A stretch of 64,000 nucleotides of DNA. Origin: Planctomycetota bacterium (GTDB taxonomy: Bacteria; Planctomycetota; SZUA-567; H5-PLA8). Shown piece after piece: positions 35,577 through 44,336 of the stretch. The notes beneath the pieces are model-generated. The model did no database searches and was not told where the DNA came from. It saw only the letters and a list, made by a program, of their open reading frames with translations. Each line of letters starts with the position of its first letter. The stretch's first letter is position 1. A program made the position numbers and the translations under genes. The stretch spans positions 10,677-74,676 of the forward strand of contig JBBRQD010000004.1 of NCBI GenBank assembly GCA_038227045.1, written 5' to 3'.

Positions 35577-36653
35577 ATGTGGGATGAAATTGAAAAGCGG
35601 GGCAAGCGCTATCAGGAACTCAAAGACCTGATCGAAAGCCCCGACGGACCCGGAAATCCGAACTTCGCCAACTGGCTGCGCGAGCGCGGCCGCATGACCA
35701 AATTCGGCTCGATATGGGACGAATTTGCCAACGCCAAAAAAGCCGCGGACGAAGCGCGCGAACTGTTCAACTCGCCCGACGCCGCGGCCGACGCCGATCT
35801 GAAATCGCTCGCCAAAGACGAACTCGATACCGCGTCGGCCCAACAGGAAACCGCTCGAATCAAGCTCGTCGATATGGAGCTTAACGACGACGACGACTCG
35901 TCGCGCAACGTCATCATCGAGCTGCATAAAGGCACCGGCGGCGACGAAGCCGCGCTTTTCGTAGGCGACTTGTACAATATGTATGCAAAATACTCCGAAA
36001 AAGTCGGCCTGAAGCTTACCGTGCTCGAGAATTCCCCCGGAAACGTCGGCGGATTCAACGAAATGACGCTGCGCGTCGAAGGCGAAGGCGCGTACGGAAA
36101 ATTCCGCTACGAAGGCGGCGGCCATCGCGTGCAGCGCGTCCCCGAAACCGAAACGAAAGGCCGCGTGCAGACCAGCATGGCCCGTGTGGCGGTGTTGCCC
36201 GAAGCCGAAGAAGTCGACGTTCAGATCGACGTGAAGGACGTGCGGGAAAGCTTCTGCGCCGCCGGGGGTCCGGGTGGTCAGAACGTCAACAAAGTCGCCT
36301 CGCAATGCCAGTTGGTCCACGAACCCACGGGGATCATCGTCCACTGCATGGAAACGCGCAGCGCGATGCAGAACAAAGTCCGCGCCTGGCAGATTCTGCG
36401 TTCCAAACTGTACGCATTGAAAAAAGCCGAAATCGAAAACGCGCGTTCCGACCAGCGGCTCGGCCAGATCGGCAGCGGCGACCGCAGCGAGCGCATCCGC
36501 ACCTATAATTATCCTCAAGGCCGCCTGACCGATCATCGGATTGAAGGCGACGACAAGAATTGGCCGATACAAGCTGTGGTGGAAGGCAACTTGGAACCGC
36601 TGGTGGCCAAACTCGAAGAAATTCGCCGAAGCGCTGGGAAGGCGACGGCGTGA
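35577..36653 (+). CDS. prfA: peptide chain release factor 1
   Basis: GGQNVNKV (GGQ motif) and HRVQRVPETETKGRVQTS (PxT tripeptide region, RF1-type). Confidence 0.93.
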   Translation: MWDEIEKRGKRYQELKDLIESPDGPGNPNFANWLRERGRMTKFGSIWDEFANAKKAADEARELFNSPDAAADADLKSLAKDELDTASAQQETARIKLVDMELNDDDDSSRNVIIELHKGTGGDEAALFVGDLYNMYAKYSEKVGLKLTVLENSPGNVGGFNEMTLRVEGEGAYGKFRYEGGGHRVQRVPETETKGRVQTSMARVAVLPEAEEVDVQIDVKDVRESFCAAGGPGGQNVNKVASQCQLVHEPTGIIVHCMETRSAMQNKVRAWQILRSKLYALKKAEIENARSDQRLGQIGSGDRSERIRTYNYPQGRLTDHRIEGDDKNWPIQAVVEGNLEPLVAKLEEIRRSAGKATA

Positions 36654-36738
36654 AAGAGCCTTACTTTTTAGAAATTTTGACGATAAAGAATATACTTGGG
36701 ACTTATCACTCAGGAATCGGCATTCAGGACTTTTGACT

Positions 36739-37524
36739 ATGGCTTCGGCTCAACGCTTGCAAAAACTCGTCGAATTGCTCGGCAAAAAATATGAAGTGGA
36801 AGACAAGAAGGGCGAACTGACCGACATTCGCGACCCGTTTTTGCTGGGCACATGGATGATTTTGGGCGAGCACGCCAAGAAGAACGGACAGGTGCGTTCG
36901 CACGAGGCGCTGCGGCGCGCCAAGGGCATTACCCCGGGACAATTGCTCGACATTCTCCCCGAAAAACTGCACACCGTCTGCCAGCAGGCCGGCCCCTACG
37001 AGGACGCGCGCGCCCGGAAGCTCTATCAATTCGCCGATGACATCGAAGACAAATGCGGCAAGGATTTTGGCAAAGTGTTCGCCAAGCCGTTGAACGAGGC
37101 GCGTTCGTTTCTGGAAAAGGATCTGCGCTTGGGACGTCCGTTCGCGGATTTCCTGCTGATGTATACGGGCTCCCCGGTCTTCGCGCTGGACGCGAAAATC
37201 TTGCGCGTCGCGTCGCGGCTGGGCTACACGAAATACAAGCCGGAAAAAGATTTCGACAAGGCCTATAAAGACGTTCAGAAACAATTCGAAGCCGAAGCGC
37301 CCAAGAAAAATCCCGAATGGCTGCTGCGCGCCCACGGCCTGGTCCATCGTCTGGGTTCAGACGTCTGCACGGCGATCCTGCCGCATTGCCCGCACTGCCC
37401 GCTATTAAAGGAATGCCCGTACCCCAAGAAGCATCCGGAAGTCTTCGAAGCACAGGCGGCGGCGGATGCCGCGAAGGCCGAACGCGCGGCGCGGTATGCG
37501 TCGCCGCCGGCGCCGGTGAAGTAA
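36739..37524 (+). CDS. divergent HhH-GPD / endonuclease III-like protein with 4Fe-4S cluster loop
   Basis: C-terminal CTAILPHCPHCPLLKEC fits C-x6-C-x2-C-x5-C. ALDAKILRVASRLGY corresponds to the VDTHV.R...RLG region. Start at ATG 36739 because the longer ORF overlaps prfA. Confidence 0.65.
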   Translation: MASAQRLQKLVELLGKKYEVEDKKGELTDIRDPFLLGTWMILGEHAKKNGQVRSHEALRRAKGITPGQLLDILPEKLHTVCQQAGPYEDARARKLYQFADDIEDKCGKDFGKVFAKPLNEARSFLEKDLRLGRPFADFLLMYTGSPVFALDAKILRVASRLGYTKYKPEKDFDKAYKDVQKQFEAEAPKKNPEWLLRAHGLVHRLGSDVCTAILPHCPHCPLLKECPYPKKHPEVFEAQAAADAAKAERAARYASPPAPVK

Positions 37525-37528
37525 TTGA

Positions 37529-37564
37529 TGGCACGGATTCGCTGCCGTTTGCAAATCCGTGCCA
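37529..37564. terminator. 11-bp hairpin between convergent genes
   Basis: tggcacggatt, a 14-nt loop, aatccgtgcca. No clear U-tract, so terminator function is tentative. Confidence 0.45.
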
Positions 37565-37574
37565 CCCCACCGTT

Positions 37575-38033
37575 TCAATCCTTGCTGCAACCCGGGTGCG
37601 GTATGGCGAGTGCTTTACCCGTTTCAAGCAAGCTCTTGAGGCCCGATAAGACCATCGGCCAACCCTGGCTTACCGATGCGAGCTCATTCGACCCGGCTGT
37701 AAATTGATCGTGAACAACCGTGAGTTTCACCTGCTCTCCGACGGGATCCAGTGTGAGAACCACTCGGGTGGGTATTACCTCGGCGGCTGGCGCGTGTATC
37801 GACAAAAACGTATAGGACATCCGGCGCGGCGGATCGAATTCCAGGACTTTGCCCGTGATGCCCTTCGTTGCATCACTGTTTTTAGCGACGAAATCTGAGC
37901 CCACGCGCCAATCTGTTTCAAAGCGGATTCCGAACCAATATTGCTGCGTGAATTCAGGAGCCGTCAACGCCTTCCACAATTTCTCGGCGGTTGTCTTGAT
38001 GTAGGTCACATACACGTAGTTCGGCTTATCCAT
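37575..38033 (-). CDS. SRPBCC/AHSA1-family protein
   Basis: YVTYIKTTAEKLWKALTAPEFTQQYWFG...DWRVGSDF is typical of the Aha1/START-like fold. Sits 4 nt downstream of an ArsR gene, a common pair. Confidence 0.8.
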   Translation of the reverse strand: MDKPNYVYVTYIKTTAEKLWKALTAPEFTQQYWFGIRFETDWRVGSDFVAKNSDATKGITGKVLEFDPPRRMSYTFLSIHAPAAEVIPTRVVLTLDPVGEQVKLTVVHDQFTAGSNELASVSQGWPMVLSGLKSLLETGKALAIPHPGCSKD

Positions 38034-38037
38034 TGTC

Positions 38038-38370
38038 TTAGTCCTCCAGTGTTTTTTTCAAATCGGTGAGCGCCTGCAAATGCGGGCGCTCGTATTTCGC
38101 AATCCAGCGGTCCGCGATCTCATTGATCGGGATTGGATTGAGGTAATGCAATTTTTCTCTTCCCCGCCAAATCGTGGTGACAAGATTGGTTTCTTCCAAA
38201 ATTTTCAGGTGCTTGGTCACCGCTTGTCGCGTCATGCCCATGTGTTCGCAGAGATTACCGAGCGTCTGGCCATTGTTCTCATGCAATCGGTCAAGCAACT
38301 TGCGGCGGCTTGAATCGGCCAGCGCTTTGAAGACGAGGTCTGCGTGCATTTCCATAAACACATTATGCAA
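38038..38370 (-). CDS. ArsR/SmtB-family transcriptional regulator
   Basis: FKALADSSRRKLLDRL...LGNLCEHMGMTRQAVTKHLKILEETNLV, a winged HTH. Confidence 0.9.
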   Translation of the reverse strand: MHNVFMEMHADLVFKALADSSRRKLLDRLHENNGQTLGNLCEHMGMTRQAVTKHLKILEETNLVTTIWRGREKLHYLNPIPINEIADRWIAKYERPHLQALTDLKKTLED

Positions 38371-38443
38371 CCATTTGGTTGCATGTCAAGCCCGAAATGC
38401 TCGTCGGTTCGAAATTTTATGCAAATCATGCGAATGTGCTTTT

Positions 38444-38655
38444 GACCCCGGCAGGGGTCGAAGAGGGTAGCCGGGGGTTGAGACCGTTAGGTCGATACCC
38501 CCGGATAATATATCCCCGTCCCTTCACCCCGGCAGGGGTGACAGAGAAATTCGCGTGAATCCCGCGAAATCTTCTGCGACCCCGCCGGGGTCGAAAACAT
38601 CTCTTCCTCCTTTCCGGGGGTATCGCGCTTTGCGCTCAACCCCCGGCTACCCTCT
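38444..38655. repeat. Hairpin-rich element architecturally related to family C
   Basis: 21-bp perfect IR agagggtagccgggggttgag / ctcaacccccggctaccctct. 12-bp IR gatacccccgga / tccgggggtatc. Three small hairpins of the CCCCGGCAGGGG type also seen in family C. Confidence 0.75.
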
Positions 38656-39015
38656 GAAACCCCTGACTGGGTAAAGCAAAATCGCTGGCCGTGAGCGCGT
38701 CTTCGAAATTTTGTCCTGTCGCTGAATTCGAGAACTCGGCACAGCCTTCGCACTCGATTCTCAAGGACGTTGTTTGAACGGGCGAAACCGCGTCAATCTG
38801 GCGCGGTTTATTATTAATTGAGGTGTGGCGTTTTTTTAGCGCAATATAGAATGGACCGGGTTGGCGGAGGAGATTAATTGCAAAGTCCAGGCGTTGATTA
38901 TGGATTTGCGCAGGGAAAGCAGCGATAGTAATTAGTTTGTTTTGGGAAGTTTGCTATGATGACAAATCACGGGCGTCTTAAATCGATTCAAGACGATTTG
39001 ACTGAGGATATTGAC

Positions 39016-41637
<2,622 letters not shown>

Positions 41638-41642
41638 ACTCC

Positions 41643-41675
41643 GGTTGAAGGTTGAAGGTTTCAAGTTTCAGGTTG
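41643..41675. repeat. Repeat family B: tandem 7-8-nt GTT(T/G)(C/A)A(A)G units
   Basis: ggttgaaggttgaaggtttcaagtttcaggttg, directly after the clpC stop. Related array at 55442-55483. Confidence 0.75.
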
Positions 41676-41679
41676 TTAA

Positions 41680-41707
41680 ATGCGGATCGCGAGGTCCGCA
41701 TTTTTTT
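41680..41707 (+). terminator. rho-independent terminator of clpC
   Basis: atgcgga-tcgcgagg-tccgcat followed by T7. Confidence 0.8.
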
Positions 41708-41720
41708 AGGTGAATACCGA

Positions 41721-42542
41721 ATGAAACTTCCGCGCTTTCACTTATCGACGCTGCTGCTGCTTTGCGTTTTTTGCGGGGCATGCGTGGGGTTGTGGCTGCG
41801 TGGTGGGGCGTGGCAACGCGATTATTTTCTGAGTTACGGAGATGCTCAATCAAGTCCGCAAAGTGCCTCTGCTAAATTTACGTTCAATCTCGAAAAAGCG
41901 CGCCTGCTCGCGTTTCACGATAGGCAGGTTTACGTCTTCGATATTTTAAACCGGCGATTGCTTTCGAAAAAACCGAGTTCTTTGCCCTACACCATTGATG
42001 AAATTTTCGTTCAATCAGATGGAAAGGCTGTTCGAATAAAAGCCCCGTACCGATTTCGTCCCAAAGAACGCAGTGTCGAACTCGCCGACCATGATGCCGT
42101 TATTAATTTTGATGGTGACACGTTGAGATATATTTTACCGGATACGCCGGAACCAAAGTTCAACGAAACTGTCCGCGACATGACTTCGGAATGTCTCCGG
42201 TCGAATCGATGGTGGCCGGATTCCGGAAACTATTGTTATGAAGAGGCCTATTGCAATCGAGACAAAATGCTTATTGCTTTCCGAATCCATGGCCTCGACC
42301 CGATCTGTGCCCCCGACCTATACGATATCGAAGTGGGCCGTGGATGCGACACAACTCGGTTTTCATTCGACGGCCAGCAATTGGCCATTGGGCAAGAGGA
42401 CGGCATTTCAGTCTGGCGGCGCACACGTTCCTATGGATGGAAGGGCTATCTGGAACTCCCGCTTTTTTGGATTGCATTCGTTTCATTGCTCGCACTGATC
42501 GCCATTTTCGTCCGCTCTCTTCTTCGCCATAATTCACCTTGA
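41721..42542 (+). CDS. hypothetical membrane protein, planctomycete-type (N- and C-terminal TM helices)
   Basis: MKLPRFHLSTLLLLCVFCGACVGLW... and the C-terminal ISVWRRTRSYGWKGYLELPLFWIAFVSLLALIAIF. Lower-GC gene. Same architecture as 53730-54344. Confidence 0.6.
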   Translation: MKLPRFHLSTLLLLCVFCGACVGLWLRGGAWQRDYFLSYGDAQSSPQSASAKFTFNLEKARLLAFHDRQVYVFDILNRRLLSKKPSSLPYTIDEIFVQSDGKAVRIKAPYRFRPKERSVELADHDAVINFDGDTLRYILPDTPEPKFNETVRDMTSECLRSNRWWPDSGNYCYEEAYCNRDKMLIAFRIHGLDPICAPDLYDIEVGRGCDTTRFSFDGQQLAIGQEDGISVWRRTRSYGWKGYLELPLFWIAFVSLLALIAIFVRSLLRHNSP

Positions 42543-42598
42543 TTTATTTTCGACGGCGTTTACCTAGATAAGCCAACACACAATCGGAGTCGCGGCAA

Positions 42599-44071
42599 AT
42601 GGCGGATCGTATTCAAGTTCGTGGCCAGATGAGCAAGTGGTTTCATTTCTGGCGCGTCGTTGTGCTCTTGGGCGCTGTCGGCGGGGGCGTGGGAATTTTT
42701 CTTAATCCGGTTCCGGGCGCGCTTGTCTTTGTGCCCTTCGCGCTGCTGGCCATCTGGCTTGAAACGCAGGCGGCGATTAATCGCCGGAACAGCACTTGGA
42801 TTGAAGTTCAGGACGATGGCTTTCTTGTGACGGACCGGCGCGGTGAACGGACTTATCGCGACCAGCAAGTTCATTCCATCGCGTACTCGACCAAGAACGT
42901 CTACAACAATGGCAACTTCGGCGGCTTTACACGTTCGGCCCGTTTGTGGACATCCGATCAAACCGAGCCGCTGATCCTTGAGAATCTCATTAAGGTCGGG
43001 GCAACCGATCCGTTGGGCGTTTTTTTGCAGCGTCTTCAGACGTTGTTACGCGACGGTTTCAACGTGGGTCTCGATCAGGGTCTGGCGCTGGAGGGCGAGG
43101 GCTGGAGGCTGACCCAGCAGGAGGTGTCGTACACTCAAGGCCGGCAGTCGGGATCGATTGCGATCAAGGATATTTACGCGATCGAAGACCACGACGGCAA
43201 GATGGGCATCTGGCGGACGGGAGAGGAATTGCCCGTGGTTCAATTTCCGCTCAACGGGCGCAACATCTGGATTCTGCGCAACGTCCTCGTGCAACGCATT
43301 ACGAAACCCGAAATCAGTGAAGCGCCCGCGTCGGGCTTGGGGCGCATTTTGTTTCAGCGCAATGCAAGCACAGCGTCAGCGGTCACTTTTTACCTTATAG
43401 GCGTCCTGCTGATCGTTACAGGCGCAATTGTCTACGCGATCAACACAAATCCAGCCAAACAAAACGCCGGCATCGGAGTGGCTGCGTCAAGCCTGCTCGT
43501 CGCGTTTTGTACTTTCGCGTATTCGCGCGGAAAATTTCGCTGCCACGAGTGGGGCGTTTTCAAAGCGGGGTTGTTTGGCCAAAATCAGTTGAAATACACC
43601 GACGTCAAATCATTCACCTACAGCGCCACGCGTCACTACCACAACGGCGCATACACGGGCACGATCATGGCCTTGACTTTCGTCCCCGTCTCGCCGGACA
43701 AGGGCAAAGCGATTTCGTACTCGACGACGGTGCGCGGCGGCGACGAGGAACTCGAACGTCTGCGCGATTTCATCTCGACTTCTATTGCCACGCGCATGCG
43801 GCGGGAATTGGCTGCGGGAACGAAAGTGAACTGGACCGCCAACATCGCATTCCTGCCGAAGGGCTTCGAATTCCGCCCATCGGGATTCTTCGGCCGCAAA
43901 GAAGCCGTGTTTCTGCCTTATGAAAATTACGGCGGAAACACGATGAAGGCCGGCGTGTTTTACATCTTCGAACGCGGCAAGGACAAAGCGGTGATGCAGG
44001 AAAACGCATCCGCCCCGAACTTTTTCCCGGGGTGGTTTATGTTGCACCAGATGTTTCATCAAAAAGCGTAG
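42599..44071 (+). CDS. hypothetical membrane protein with an internally duplicated (2 TM + soluble beta-rich module) unit
   Basis: Two TM hairpins (aa ~15-55 and ~255-305). Each is followed by a related segment (SIAYSTKNVYNNGNFGGF versus SFTYSATRHYHNGAYTGT). Confidence 0.6.
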   Translation: MADRIQVRGQMSKWFHFWRVVVLLGAVGGGVGIFLNPVPGALVFVPFALLAIWLETQAAINRRNSTWIEVQDDGFLVTDRRGERTYRDQQVHSIAYSTKNVYNNGNFGGFTRSARLWTSDQTEPLILENLIKVGATDPLGVFLQRLQTLLRDGFNVGLDQGLALEGEGWRLTQQEVSYTQGRQSGSIAIKDIYAIEDHDGKMGIWRTGEELPVVQFPLNGRNIWILRNVLVQRITKPEISEAPASGLGRILFQRNASTASAVTFYLIGVLLIVTGAIVYAINTNPAKQNAGIGVAASSLLVAFCTFAYSRGKFRCHEWGVFKAGLFGQNQLKYTDVKSFTYSATRHYHNGAYTGTIMALTFVPVSPDKGKAISYSTTVRGGDEELERLRDFISTSIATRMRRELAAGTKVNWTANIAFLPKGFEFRPSGFFGRKEAVFLPYENYGGNTMKAGVFYIFERGKDKAVMQENASAPNFFPGWFMLHQMFHQKA

Positions 44072-44100
44072 AAATTGCCTGGCAAGATGTGTTCCTTGTT

Positions 44101-44281
44101 ATCCCGAAGGGATTCAAGCTATTAGCCGGTGGTTGAGGCTGTACCCGGCCGACACCACCGGATTCGATTTAAGAAACGTCCTGCACCCCTCCGGGGTGCG
44201 GAAACTTTGCGCCGCATATTCCGGTGGTGTCGGCCGAGTACGGCCTCAACCACCGGCTAATTTCTGATATCCCTCCGGGAT
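44101..44281. repeat. Repeat family C, second copy (181 bp)
   Basis: atcccgaagggat...ttagccggtggttgaggctgtacccggccgacaccaccgga...gcacccc-tcc-ggggtgc...tccggtggtgtcggccgagtacggcctcaaccaccggctaa...atccctccgggat. Lies between convergent gene ends. Confidence 0.85.
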
Positions 44282-44336
44282 GAAGGCAATTCCAAAAATC
44301 TCGCGACGCAGATAATGCGGGCACAGAAATCCCGCT

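Noticed and set aside
36541-36738. 5' extension of the endonuclease III-like ORF overlapping the prfA 3' end.
   Set aside because: A 113-nt overlap with a conserved gene, a Trp/Arg/Lys-rich unnatural sequence, and a good internal ATG at 36739 in the intergenic spacer.
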